32,973 nt of DNA, from the NCBI GenBank assembly GCA_002347925.1, contig DDYL01000108.1, forward strand, positions 11,416 to 44,388. The letters run 5' to 3'. The notes under the pieces are model-generated. The model searched no databases, had not been told where the DNA came from, and was given only the letters and a program-made list of their open reading frames with translations. The position numbers were made by a program, and so were the translations under genes. Positions 24,069 to 32,461 of the stretch are shown in pieces. Position 1 is the stretch's first letter. The number at the start of each line of letters is the position of its first letter. This DNA comes from Chloroflexi bacterium UBA2235 (GTDB taxonomy: Bacteria; Chloroflexota; UBA11872; UBA12225).

Positions 24069-24845
24069 ATGGATCTGGGACTTACGGGACATGCCGCGAT
24101 CGTGACCGGTGCGAGCCGGGGCATTGGCCGGGCAATCGCGTTGGCATTGGCATCGGCAGGATGTGACGTTGCCATCGCGGCGCGTGGATCAGAGGCACTC
24201 GAGGGTGTGGCGCGTGAGATCGAGGCGCTTGGCCGGCGGGCCCTTCCGATTTCGATCGACATGACACTGCCTGGCATGGCCGAGATGCTCGTCGCAAGGA
24301 CCGCCGAGGAGTTTGGGCGGATCGATGTCGTGGTGAACAACCTTGGGGGCAGTGCACCGGCAAACAAGCCGTTCATGGAGACCGAGCCGAAGGATTGGCG
24401 TGGTGTCATGGGCATCAACTTGTACCCCGCAATTGAGACGAGCCGGCTTGCAGTGCCTCACATCCGGAAGCAGGGCGGTGGAAGCATTGTCATCATCTCG
24501 TCCATCTACGGGCGCGAGGCGGGAGGCTATGCCGGCTACAACGTGGCGAAGTCCGCAATGAACAGCTTGGCGAAGTCCATGGCGCGTGAGTTGGCGCCTG
24601 AGGGAATTCGCGTGAACGCGGTTGCGCCGGGATCGATCATGTTCCCCGGGGGAACGTGGGAGAAGCGTCAGCAGGCCGATCCCGAGGGGATGGCCGCCTT
24701 TGTCAAGCGTGACCTCCCGTTTGGCAGGTTCGGACGTGCCGAGGAAGTTGCCGATGTGGTGGCGTTCCTTTGCTCTTCTCGCGCTTCTTGGGTGAGCGGG
24801 GCGTGTATCCCAGTCGATGGGGTTCAGGGGCGCTCGAATATCTGA
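24069..24845 (+). CDS. SDR family oxidoreductase
   Basis: MDLGLTGHAAIVTGASRGIGRA, YNVAKSAM, NAVAPG. GAGGA lies 8 nt upstream of the ATG. A TACAAT -10 candidate is at 24011-24016. Confidence 0.9.
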   Translation: MDLGLTGHAAIVTGASRGIGRAIALALASAGCDVAIAARGSEALEGVAREIEALGRRALPISIDMTLPGMAEMLVARTAEEFGRIDVVVNNLGGSAPANKPFMETEPKDWRGVMGINLYPAIETSRLAVPHIRKQGGGSIVIISSIYGREAGGYAGYNVAKSAMNSLAKSMARELAPEGIRVNAVAPGSIMFPGGTWEKRQQADPEGMAAFVKRDLPFGRFGRAEEVADVVAFLCSSRASWVSGACIPVDGVQGRSNI

Positions 24846-24957
24846 TCGCAGGATCCGCTAAAGGATCGTGGCCGTCAAAGCCTGATTTCGCCCGTGGTTG
24901 AGTTCGTTACGTTACCTGTCTTGGTGGCACGGGATATTGTGATGAGGGGGATGTCGA

Positions 24958-25407
24958 GTGACAGGCGAGGGAGTGCAGGAATGTCACTCGGCAGAACGAG
25001 TTCTGGACAGCGAGGCAGACGTTCCCGGTGACTTGGCTCAGGTAGACGTGCCACCCGTCAGTACGCCAGGCCCGACGCTCGTCCTCGCTGTCTTGGCTGA
25101 CGGACCGATGCATGGGTACGGACTCGCAAAGGAGATTGAGCGCCGTAGCGAGGGGTACTTCCACGCGCGGTGGGGCAGCCTGTATCCAACCCTGCAGCGT
25201 CTCGAGTCGCAGGGCCTCATCTCCGGCGAATGGTCGGCGCCAACTGCAGGGAGCGGACGTCGGCGACGTGTCTACCATTTGACGCCGTCTGGCAGGGCCG
25301 AGGCCAGGAAGACGGCTGGCCGATGGCGTGAGTTCGCCGAAAATCTCCTCAAGGCACTCGGGGCCGGGGGACGATCAGAAGTGATTGTCGATGGAACGCG
25401 CATCTGA
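24958..25407 (+). CDS. PadR family transcriptional regulator
   Basis: Winged-helix signature LVLAVLADGPMHGYGLAKEI...WGSLYPTLQRLESQGLISGEW...RRRVYHLTPSG. GTG 24958 follows GAGGGGG. The true start may be further in (for example GTG 25048). Confidence 0.85.
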   Translation: MTGEGVQECHSAERVLDSEADVPGDLAQVDVPPVSTPGPTLVLAVLADGPMHGYGLAKEIERRSEGYFHARWGSLYPTLQRLESQGLISGEWSAPTAGSGRRRRVYHLTPSGRAEARKTAGRWREFAENLLKALGAGGRSEVIVDGTRI

Positions 25408-25960
25408 CCGCCTCTCGGGGTGGGTTCGACGTGCTGGCCCGTCGCTTCCAGTGGAGCGGTATCTGGCCGAACTTGATGCCGTGCTGGAAGGGCAGGCCGA
25501 CACGTCGCTTGCTGTTGACGGGATTGATGCGCCCCTGAGCGGCGTGGCCCGTGCGGTCATCGTCGAGTCGATTGGTGCCGACCTCGAGGCGGCGGCCCGC
25601 GACCTGATGCTTGCCGGAGTTCCCCGGAATCAGGCCGAGATGCGTGCGATCAGCGACCTTGGTCCCGCCCCCGATTTGGGACGCGCGTTGCTTGGGGCCC
25701 GGCGTCGGCAGACGGTCATGGCGGTGGAGATGTCCGACGATCCATGGTCATGGACGGAGCCACTCCTGCAAGTCTTATTGCTGGTGGTGGCAATCGGGGT
25801 GGGCGCACTCGCTCCGGTCCTCGCCGTGATCATTGCCATCGTTGTCGAGCGCCAGTCCGGCGTGATCGCCGTGATGCTGGTTCCGGTCCTCACGGCCGTA
25901 CTGGGTAGGGCGGCCGGAGCGGTTGCGCCACCAATGGGACATGGAAATCCGGCGCGGTGA
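25391..25960 (+). CDS. PadR-associated membrane protein (DUF1700/HAAS-like N-terminus, C-terminal TM helices)
   Basis: ORF 25385..25960 overlaps the PadR stop. The N-terminal ERYLAELDAVLEG helix is typical of partner proteins encoded after PadR genes. Two C-terminal hydrophobic helices follow. Confidence 0.5.
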   Translation: MERASDRLSGWVRRAGPSLPVERYLAELDAVLEGQADTSLAVDGIDAPLSGVARAVIVESIGADLEAAARDLMLAGVPRNQAEMRAISDLGPAPDLGRALLGARRRQTVMAVEMSDDPWSWTEPLLQVLLLVVAIGVGALAPVLAVIIAIVVERQSGVIAVMLVPVLTAVLGRAAGAVAPPMGHGNPAR

Positions 25961-26003
25961 CCGTCCCATCCGCGACCCTCTGGAGTTACTTTGGCGACAA
26001 GCC

Positions 26004-26738
26004 CTAGTCACGGTCCGCTGAGGCGACGTGAACGTCGATTGACACGAGTCCTTCGATCTCACTGGCCACGTCGGCGAGACGGCTGACCGCATCACTTGGG
26101 GTTCCGGACTTGACCTCGACCAGTCCCTTGCCATTCCTTACCGACACGGTGAGAACATGCATGACCGATTCCGTATCGGTCCGTATGGCGCGCCGGAGAT
26201 GGGAGACGAGTGCCTCATCCGAGACGATGGTGACCAGGACGTGCCATACGTCATTGACGGAACGCGCCACGTGGGCCGCTTCAAGTGACCCGGCGTCGGT
26301 AGATATTCTCCCTCCGAGGCACGCGACACCGTGGCGAACGGTGCAGGTGATCGGCTGTGCGCAAGTGAGGGGTTGGACGGCAAGCAAGGGACGGATGGCA
26401 TCCGCGGCCGCCATGTCATTTTCCGGCGAGTGTGGCCGGGATATCTCGCCTCGGTGGGGATCGGGGACCAGCCTCCCCATGACGCGGCGGTAGACGCCAC
26501 GTGAAATCACCGTATCCAGACCAACAGACAGGGTGTGCCACGAAGTTGTGCCGAATGGCTGCTCGGTAGACGCGACGGTGGTGGCGTTGGCGACGACATA
26601 CTGACGTTGTGCCCAGGCGCGCTCAACGACGAGCAAGGTGCCACTGGTTGGGTGCAGGACGTGTTCGATGATCCCGACGGGATGTGCATCATTCGCGATG
26701 AGTATGTCGCCTGGTTTGAACCGTTCAGTCACGTCCAT
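26004..26738 (-). CDS. hypothetical protein, probable BON-domain protein
   Basis: Two BON-like segments (ITCTVRHGVACLGGRISTDAGSLEAAHVARSVNDVWHV and LTVSVRNGKGLVEVKSGTPSDAVSRLADVASEIEGLVSI). A short N-terminal beta-rich domain precedes them. The assignment is by motif resemblance only. Confidence 0.45.
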   Translation of the reverse strand: MDVTERFKPGDILIANDAHPVGIIEHVLHPTSGTLLVVERAWAQRQYVVANATTVASTEQPFGTTSWHTLSVGLDTVISRGVYRRVMGRLVPDPHRGEISRPHSPENDMAAADAIRPLLAVQPLTCAQPITCTVRHGVACLGGRISTDAGSLEAAHVARSVNDVWHVLVTIVSDEALVSHLRRAIRTDTESVMHVLTVSVRNGKGLVEVKSGTPSDAVSRLADVASEIEGLVSIDVHVASADRD

Positions 26739-26960
26739 CGATCTGGCCTTGGCGCGGTGGCAGGCACTACCGGACGCATGGGGTCGGTGCTATTCATGCC
26801 GGATGGTAGCGTTGGCAAACAGGTTCGGACGGTACCGAATGCTGTCAAGCCCGGTAGAATGTCGTGAAGGCACCCGGATTGGTATGGGTGCGACGTTGAT
26901 GGCGACGCCTTCATCCCGGAATGGGTGAGCGGTGACGCAAGGTTCTGGAGGAGTTCGACC

Positions 26961-27242
26961 GTGTCCGAAACTGCCGCTCCGACAATCGTGGCGTATCTCA
27001 AGCCGGTGTGCGGGTGGAGCAACAGCGTCCGCGCGGTGTTGCAGAAGCATGGCCTCGTGTATGAGGACCGCGACATCATCAACGATCGCTCGAACTACAG
27101 CGAGATGGTCCGCAAGAGCGGGCAGCCCTTGTCTCCATGTGTTGAAATCAACGGCGTGATGCTCGCTGATGTGGCGGGCAACGAGGTTGAGGAGTATCTG
27201 GTTGAGCAGGGTCTGGCAAAGGCAGAAGTCGCCGCCGTCTGA
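26961..27242 (+). CDS. glutaredoxin-like protein with CGWS active-site motif
   Basis: ORF 26925..27242. GTG 26961 lies 7 nt after GGAGGAG. The thioredoxin-fold order is IVAYLKPVCGWS...LxxxG..YEDRDI...SPCVEINGVML. Confidence 0.7.
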   Translation: MSETAAPTIVAYLKPVCGWSNSVRAVLQKHGLVYEDRDIINDRSNYSEMVRKSGQPLSPCVEINGVMLADVAGNEVEEYLVEQGLAKAEVAAV

Positions 27243-27347
27243 CCGAATGCCGACGCTCAACAGCGTGGAAAACAGTGAGGCCCCGGACGTCCGGGCGGAT
27301 GAAACCGCTTGGGATGCCGGGGCCTCAGTGCGTTCGGTGCGCGCGTC

Positions 27348-27692
27348 CTAGAGGTGCTGTGGCCAATGCATGTCGAAGACCATTTCCATCTCGGCCCACC
27401 ATTCGTCTTCAGTCGCTTCGGGCGAACGTTCCTGAAGGGTCCGCATGATCTTGTCCCACTCAAGGACGCGTGGGTGAGGCGGCGTAACTGAAGGCTTGCC
27501 GGGATCGTAGTCATCGTTTGCGGTCATGTACATGAACATTCTCTGACCCCTCAGAAAGATCTTCATGTCGGTCACCCCGCCGGTACGCAGTCCTTCGAGG
27601 ACTTCCGGCCAAACCTCGGCGTGGTAACGGATGTAGTCGGCAACTTTCTCCGGGTCGTTCCGGAGGTTGATCATGCGTCCGAAGACTTTCAC
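27348..27692 (-). CDS. rhaM: L-rhamnose mutarotase family protein
   Basis: MKVFGRMINLRNDPEKVADYIRYHAEVWPEVLEGLRTGGVTDMKIFLRGQRMFMYM matches the RhaM/YiiL pattern (xxYxxxHxxxWPEV...G...Y.IF). Length is 114 aa. Confidence 0.8.
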   Translation of the reverse strand: MKVFGRMINLRNDPEKVADYIRYHAEVWPEVLEGLRTGGVTDMKIFLRGQRMFMYMTANDDYDPGKPSVTPPHPRVLEWDKIMRTLQERSPEATEDEWWAEMEMVFDMHWPQHL

Positions 27693-27748
27693 GAACTGAA
27701 CTCCTTCCAGTCGATGGTGGCGCAGTGTCGGCGGGTCGCCGACGAGGC

Positions 27749-28057
27749 CTACTGTGGGCGGCGCTTCACGAATGCGACCGGGCCACGGTGCAGGGCCGGG
27801 TCATCCGCCGAATGATCCGGTTCGGCCACGTAAATGGTCGTGCCATCAACCACGACGGTCGCGGTCGGGGTGAGTGCTTCGGCCCGTTCGATTGCCTCGT
27901 CGAGAGGGATGGTATCGCGGTTCCACCCAACCGTGGCGTGACCATTGTCGACAAGGGTCTTGAGGAATATCGGGAGTTGCCACGACTGGATCGGGATGAC
28001 GTCACCGGTTGCCTGGCGTGGTTGCGGTGAGGCAGGTTCTCTGTTCTGATCGCTCAT
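27749..28057 (-). CDS. hypothetical protein (102 aa)
   Basis: ORF 27749..28174. ATG 28057 lies 7 nt after GGAGGG. It is co-directional with and 56 nt upstream of rhaM. No family recognised. Confidence 0.5.
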   Translation of the reverse strand: MSDQNREPASPQPRQATGDVIPIQSWQLPIFLKTLVDNGHATVGWNRDTIPLDEAIERAEALTPTATVVVDGTTIYVAEPDHSADDPALHRGPVAFVKRRPQ

Positions 28058-28230
28058 CTGGTCGCCCTCCGGGTCAGTACATGCGTGTCTGGATGCTCGG
28101 TTATTGGGTGGGTAGGTCAATTCTGAACGGTATTGCATCCCGCTCAGGTCGACCCGTGTGCCAAACGGTAACATTGAGGCATGGCTGGACGCGGGTGTCC
28201 AGATAGAAACTTGGGACCAAGCGGGGACTC

Positions 28231-29067
28231 ATGCCAAATCACGTAATCGTATCGACACTCGGATGGGCAGCCAAGTCGCTAGAGGCTGCGTTTGCAGGCA
28301 TCGGTGACATGGAAATGGGTCAAGCCGAGCTAGCCATCTTTCAAGCGTTCGGCGACCTTCGACCGAAGGCCCTTGCCGATGGCGGTCGTGCTTCCGTGGA
28401 TGCGGCCGCGTTGCGCATTCGTGACGCACTCGCGAAGAATTCAATGAAACGCGTCGCCACTATATACACCGGAGTCGGTGATGGACCCCTGCCTATTGCA
28501 GAGGAGATTCGCCGAATGCTCGCCGTAGCCGATCTCGCGGTCGAGTTGGGCGTCGGCCTGATCACGACCCTGAGTTCTCCCGCGGGCACGCCATTCGAGG
28601 CGGCCGTGGCACGCCTCCGATCTATCACGGATGCGGTTTCATCGCGTGGCATCCAGCTTTGCATGAAGACCCATCGTGGTCTTGTGGGCGAAATGCCGGG
28701 CGACGCGGTGCGCATGTGCGAGGCGATACCTGGTCTTGGGCTGACGCTTGAGGCGAGCCATTTCTACGTTGGCGCGAACCAAGGCGAGGTGTTCTGGGAA
28801 GTAATTCCACATGTCCGCCACGTCACAATGCGCGACGCCCGAGGCATGCCCGCAGCCCTTCAGATGGTTCCGGGATACGGTGAGGTTGACTTCGCAGGCA
28901 TCGTGACGCGCTTGCACGAACGTGCTTACGACGGATTGTTCGCGATCGAGTATGTCGATCTCCGTCCGGTGGAAGGCCCGGATTACGTGCAACGCGATGT
29001 CATCAGTTCGATCATTGGAATGCGGTCGCTGTTTGTGTCACTTGAGAAGCAGTTGGGCGTCCGATAG
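28231..29067 (+). CDS. sugar phosphate isomerase/epimerase (xylose isomerase-like TIM barrel)
   Basis: 278-aa ORF with TLEASHFYVG, HVTMRDA, VDFAGIV and YDGLFAIEYVD, features of the family. Confidence 0.8.
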   Translation: MPNHVIVSTLGWAAKSLEAAFAGIGDMEMGQAELAIFQAFGDLRPKALADGGRASVDAAALRIRDALAKNSMKRVATIYTGVGDGPLPIAEEIRRMLAVADLAVELGVGLITTLSSPAGTPFEAAVARLRSITDAVSSRGIQLCMKTHRGLVGEMPGDAVRMCEAIPGLGLTLEASHFYVGANQGEVFWEVIPHVRHVTMRDARGMPAALQMVPGYGEVDFAGIVTRLHERAYDGLFAIEYVDLRPVEGPDYVQRDVISSIIGMRSLFVSLEKQLGVR

Positions 29068-29194
29068 GCCACGCTGCAATTGACGACCTGTGACCCCTGA
29101 CGTGGCTACTGCGGTATAATGCCAGTGTCGGTGTCTGATTGGCGGGGATGTTCTGCCACGGTGCGCTGATGGCGCGTGCCCACTGGAGCCATGC

Positions 29195-29821
29195 ATGACG
29201 ATCGAAGAGTTGGCAGATTTTGTCGGGATATCAGTCCGGACGGTCCGCTACTACATCTCTGCGCGGCTGTTGCCTGGGCCAGGCACTCGTGGTCGGGGCA
29301 CGCGCTATACGGAGGCTCACCTAAGCCGTCTTCGCTTGATCCGCTCACTCGTTGACCAGCATGTTCCGATCAATGAGATCCGTGACCGGATGCTTGGGTT
29401 GAGCGAGCCCGAAGTCTTGCGCTTGCAGTCGGTGATTGATCGGCAGCAGCGTGCCCTCACGCGTGCGAGTGAATCTGCATCCGGCCGTGAGTACATTGAA
29501 GCCCTGATACGGAGACGAACGGGGTCTCGGGAGACCTCATCGCCTGCGACGGAGGAGCCTACATCTGCGGGGACCGATGCCCGCCTGACGTCACGGCTGA
29601 GCCGGCATGCCAACGTACTTGCGTTTGTCCAACCTTCTGACCTGAACCAAGAAGTGCCCGCATCCAGCGTGCCGACTGTGGGTGAGCGATCCGAGGCGAG
29701 CGCATGGCACCGGATTTTGGTTTCAGATGGTGTCGAGGTTCACGTCACTGACGATAGGTGGCGCACTCAGCGGCAGGTGATCATGGAGACTGTGCGAAGA
29801 CTTCGCGGTGAGACGACTTGA
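29195..29821 (+). CDS. MerR family transcriptional regulator
   Basis: N-terminal HTH MTIEELADFVGISVRTVRYYISARLLPGP...RYTEAHLSRLRLIRSL. GGAG lies 6 nt upstream. A perfect TATAAT is at 29115-29120. Confidence 0.85.
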   Translation: MTIEELADFVGISVRTVRYYISARLLPGPGTRGRGTRYTEAHLSRLRLIRSLVDQHVPINEIRDRMLGLSEPEVLRLQSVIDRQQRALTRASESASGREYIEALIRRRTGSRETSSPATEEPTSAGTDARLTSRLSRHANVLAFVQPSDLNQEVPASSVPTVGERSEASAWHRILVSDGVEVHVTDDRWRTQRQVIMETVRRLRGETT

Positions 29822-29844
29822 GGACCGGTATCCGGTGAGACGTA

Positions 29845-30807
29845 CTATCGGACGCGCGGTGGGTCGAGGTTCTCCTCGTGGACTATCGCAATGAAATCCA
29901 TGGCGGTTGCAAGCGTCACTCCGGTCTCCTCGCACAGGTCGCTCGCCCCGAACCCGAGACCAACCATCTTCTGGGCAATGCCGTAGATCCGGATTGTCTC
30001 AACTGCCTCATCCGCATCGTGTCCCTTCTTGGCAGAGATCGCCTGCCAATCCAAGCTCATCAGATGCCATCCAATGGCGTTGCGTCGTCGCCATGAGGTG
30101 CGAATCTCGGCCAATTCAGCTTCGGAGGCCGAACCCGGGTAGGCATCTCCGGACTTGATCTGCGCTGCAATGTCGGCGACGGATCTCACGGGCTTTGGGA
30201 ACACCGTGTGGTACGCGTGCATCGACACGGCGCGATGGGCATCCGAGGAAGCCACAGCCGTCCGGCCCTGTGCCGCGATGTAGGACAGCGACGCCTCATC
30301 GAGGTCGGCGCGCCGGTCCGGGGATTTGGAAAGCAGGTCGTTGCCGTTCCATCTTTCAATGGCAGAGATGGACGGTGGCAAGTCAGGCAGATCGAACTTG
30401 ATTGGGCCGGGAAGCGCACGTTTCACTAGGTCGCGGAACGGGTGTGCCTGGATTGCGACCCATCCATCGGGCAGGTTTCGTGGCATTGGCATGAGCGACT
30501 TCCATCCCCAGTCGTCCTCCACGCCTTCGCCGAAGACCAGAACGTGACCGAAGTCAGCGGTCGACAGTTCCATCCCGACGATGACCGTCACGTCGTCCCC
30601 CGTGGCCTTCGCGAAAGTTCTCGCTTCGACGGCTCCACTAGTGGTGTTGTGGTCAGTAATTGCAAGGTACCGGCGACCGGCGGCGCGTGTGTGCCCAACA
30701 ACTTCCAACGGCGTCATGTAGCCGCAGGATGACGCGGTGGTGTGGACGTGGAGGTCAATGGCAGTTCCGGGCGACGATGATGGCGTTGGACCGTTCGTAC
30801 CTGTCAC
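29845..30807 (-). CDS. PHP-domain metal-dependent phosphoesterase
   Basis: IDLHVHTTASSCG...AITDHNT...HPF...SSDAH matches the PHP His/Asp motifs. The GTG 30807 start overlaps the mgtC-like stop (GTGA). Confidence 0.8.
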   Translation of the reverse strand: MTGTNGPTPSSSPGTAIDLHVHTTASSCGYMTPLEVVGHTRAAGRRYLAITDHNTTSGAVEARTFAKATGDDVTVIVGMELSTADFGHVLVFGEGVEDDWGWKSLMPMPRNLPDGWVAIQAHPFRDLVKRALPGPIKFDLPDLPPSISAIERWNGNDLLSKSPDRRADLDEASLSYIAAQGRTAVASSDAHRAVSMHAYHTVFPKPVRSVADIAAQIKSGDAYPGSASEAELAEIRTSWRRRNAIGWHLMSLDWQAISAKKGHDADEAVETIRIYGIAQKMVGLGFGASDLCEETGVTLATAMDFIAIVHEENLDPPRVR

Positions 30808-31277
30808 ACGTTTTTTCCTGTCTCGGAGCGTCCGTCCTCGTCCTCGGACATGCCGGGATGCGTGCGAAGTCGGAGGATGCCAAACGCGAGGATGGCGGTC
30901 ACGGTTGCGAGTGGGTATGCGCCAACGCCAGCAAGTAGCCCGATGGCAGCAGCGATCCAGAGGCTTGCTGCCGTGGTGAGCCCGTGGACGAAGCGTTCGC
31001 TTGGGGCCTTCCAGATTGCGCCGGCACCAAGGAAGCCGACACCAGTCACTACTTGTGCTGCAATACGCATCGGGTCAGTGTTTCCACCTGCCGTAACCAC
31101 CCCGCCAATGGTGAATGCGCATGCGCCTAGGGCGACAAGCAGGTGCGTGCGAAGTCCGGCGGGATGCCTGTGGGTTTCACGATTCCAGCCTATAAGGACC
31201 ACAAGGATCACTGAGGTGGCGAGGCGGAGCGCCAATTCGACGCTTACCGATGTGTCGGCGGAGAAGATGGCGGTCAT
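30804..31277 (-). CDS. mgtC: MgtC/SapB family membrane protein
   Basis: ORF 30804..31394. ATG 31277 gives MTAIFSADTSVSVELALRLATSVILVVLIGWNRETHRHPAGLRTHLLVALGACAFTI, the family N-terminal signature. About five TM helices. Confidence 0.8.
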   Translation of the reverse strand: MTAIFSADTSVSVELALRLATSVILVVLIGWNRETHRHPAGLRTHLLVALGACAFTIGGVVTAGGNTDPMRIAAQVVTGVGFLGAGAIWKAPSERFVHGLTTAASLWIAAAIGLLAGVGAYPLATVTAILAFGILRLRTHPGMSEDEDGRSETGKNV

Positions 31278-31453
31278 GGGCTTTTCCCTGTCAAGTTCGG
31301 GCCTCGCGCATTTCTCCCAACCATTCGACAGGGGTTCTGCATGAACGGTGGGATCGGTAGGGAAACGGTCCGGACCCCTGCTAGAGTTTGGCACCTGTGC
31401 GCGGAACCCGGTTCGACCGACCCCCAGGACGCACTGACAGCCACGTTAGTTAT

Positions 31454-31924
31454 ATGGAAACTACAGTCATCGGTGGGGTGGTCACCCTTGCGCTGCTTGG
31501 GTCACTCGCGGTCTTTGTTGCGATTGAGTGTAGTCCGCGTGCCAAGGCCAGGCGGGATGCGGCACGCCGTCGGCGACAGGAAGGCCTGAACGCCCGTGAA
31601 CAGGCTCGGGAACGTGGTACCGGGCTGTCGGCGCTCGACCTCCAGCGACTTGGCGCATTCCGGCAACGGGCACTTGATCTCCATGGCGAACCGATCGGCC
31701 CCATGACCTGGGGCCGTTGGTGGGGATACATCCGGCGAAGGGGATACGTAGCATGGATTGTGACGTCTTTCGTCGGCGCGCTTAGCATGGCGACGCATTT
31801 CGCATTGCTGTGGTTTGTCTTCGGAGGCGGGTGGGTCGGTGCAACCTTGGTCACCCTTGGGTCGGCCGTGGCAATGTCAGCCGTCGGGGTGATGGTCGTG
31901 ATCAGGATTGCCAATCGTGGCTAG
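31454..31924 (+). CDS. hypothetical membrane protein (156 aa)
   Basis: ORF 31388..31924. ATG 31454 ([24 protein letters not shown]) begins a TM helix. A basic central region is followed by 2-3 C-terminal TM helices. Confidence 0.5.
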   Translation: METTVIGGVVTLALLGSLAVFVAIECSPRAKARRDAARRRRQEGLNAREQARERGTGLSALDLQRLGAFRQRALDLHGEPIGPMTWGRWWGYIRRRGYVAWIVTSFVGALSMATHFALLWFVFGGGWVGATLVTLGSAVAMSAVGVMVVIRIANRG

Positions 31925-31937
31925 CAGTGACGGATCG

Positions 31938-32429
31938 ATGCTGGTTCGCGAGTACGCCGTCGCGGTGTTTGTTGCCCATGAGGGTGCGGTGCTCCTCCAT
32001 TTCCATGGAAAGTTGGGGCGATGGCTCCCTCCGGGTGGTCATGTTGAACCGAATGAACTTCCGGACGAGGCCGCGCGGCGCGAGACCCTCGAGGAAACGG
32101 GGATCATCGTCGATCTGATTGACGCATCCAATCCATTGTTCATTGACGTCCCGCGACCAGTGGGGGTGCCTCCAAGGTTGGTCCAACCGATCGGGATCCA
32201 GTTGGAGGCGATCCCAGCGCGTGGAACCAATCCTGACCACGAGCACATCGATCTTGTGTACGCCGCGCGGGTCGCGCCGGGGTCGATGGCGGATCCCAGG
32301 GCGGATACTGATGATCCAGAGGCTCGGCCGGGCTGGTTCAAACCGGAAGAGTGGGGGAATCTTGGGTTGACTGCCGAAGTGATTGCATGGGCAAAGGCGG
32401 CGCTTGCGTTGGTTGACAAGGCGCGTTGA
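31938..32429 (+). CDS. NUDIX hydrolase
   Basis: Nudix box [24 protein letters not shown]. The start is ambiguous: ATG 31938, or GTG 31917/TTG 31908 overlapping the upstream gene. Confidence 0.85.
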   Translation: MLVREYAVAVFVAHEGAVLLHFHGKLGRWLPPGGHVEPNELPDEAARRETLEETGIIVDLIDASNPLFIDVPRPVGVPPRLVQPIGIQLEAIPARGTNPDHEHIDLVYAARVAPGSMADPRADTDDPEARPGWFKPEEWGNLGLTAEVIAWAKAALALVDKAR

Positions 32430-32454
32430 CGCAACCCACCGATGTGCCTATAGT
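32426..32454 (+). promoter_or_regulatory. candidate promoter of the E1-alpha gene (would give a leaderless mRNA)
   Basis: TTGACG (32426-32431), 17-nt spacer, TATAGT (32449-32454). ATG 32462 lies 7 nt after the -10 with no Shine-Dalgarno sequence. Confidence 0.5.
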
Positions 32455-32461
32455 AGGCCCC

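Noticed and set aside
23874-24092. N-terminal 73-aa extension of the GlcD-like ORF
   Set aside because: The extension is low-complexity and basic, would overlap the divergent SDR start at 24069, and exceeds the typical family length. Internal ATGs at 23927, 23903 and 23873 are more plausible.
27276-27327. Bidirectional intrinsic terminator between the glutaredoxin-like gene and rhaM
   Set aside because: There is an 11-bp stem, but with a 30-nt loop and no U-tract on either strand. This is not enough to call it a terminator.
31278-31453. Mg2+ riboswitch (M-box) or leader-peptide control upstream of the mgtC-like gene
   Set aside because: I could not find the conserved M-box core elements on the minus strand. 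Only generic GC-rich stems are present (CAGGGG...CCCCTG, CCTGTC...GACAGG).
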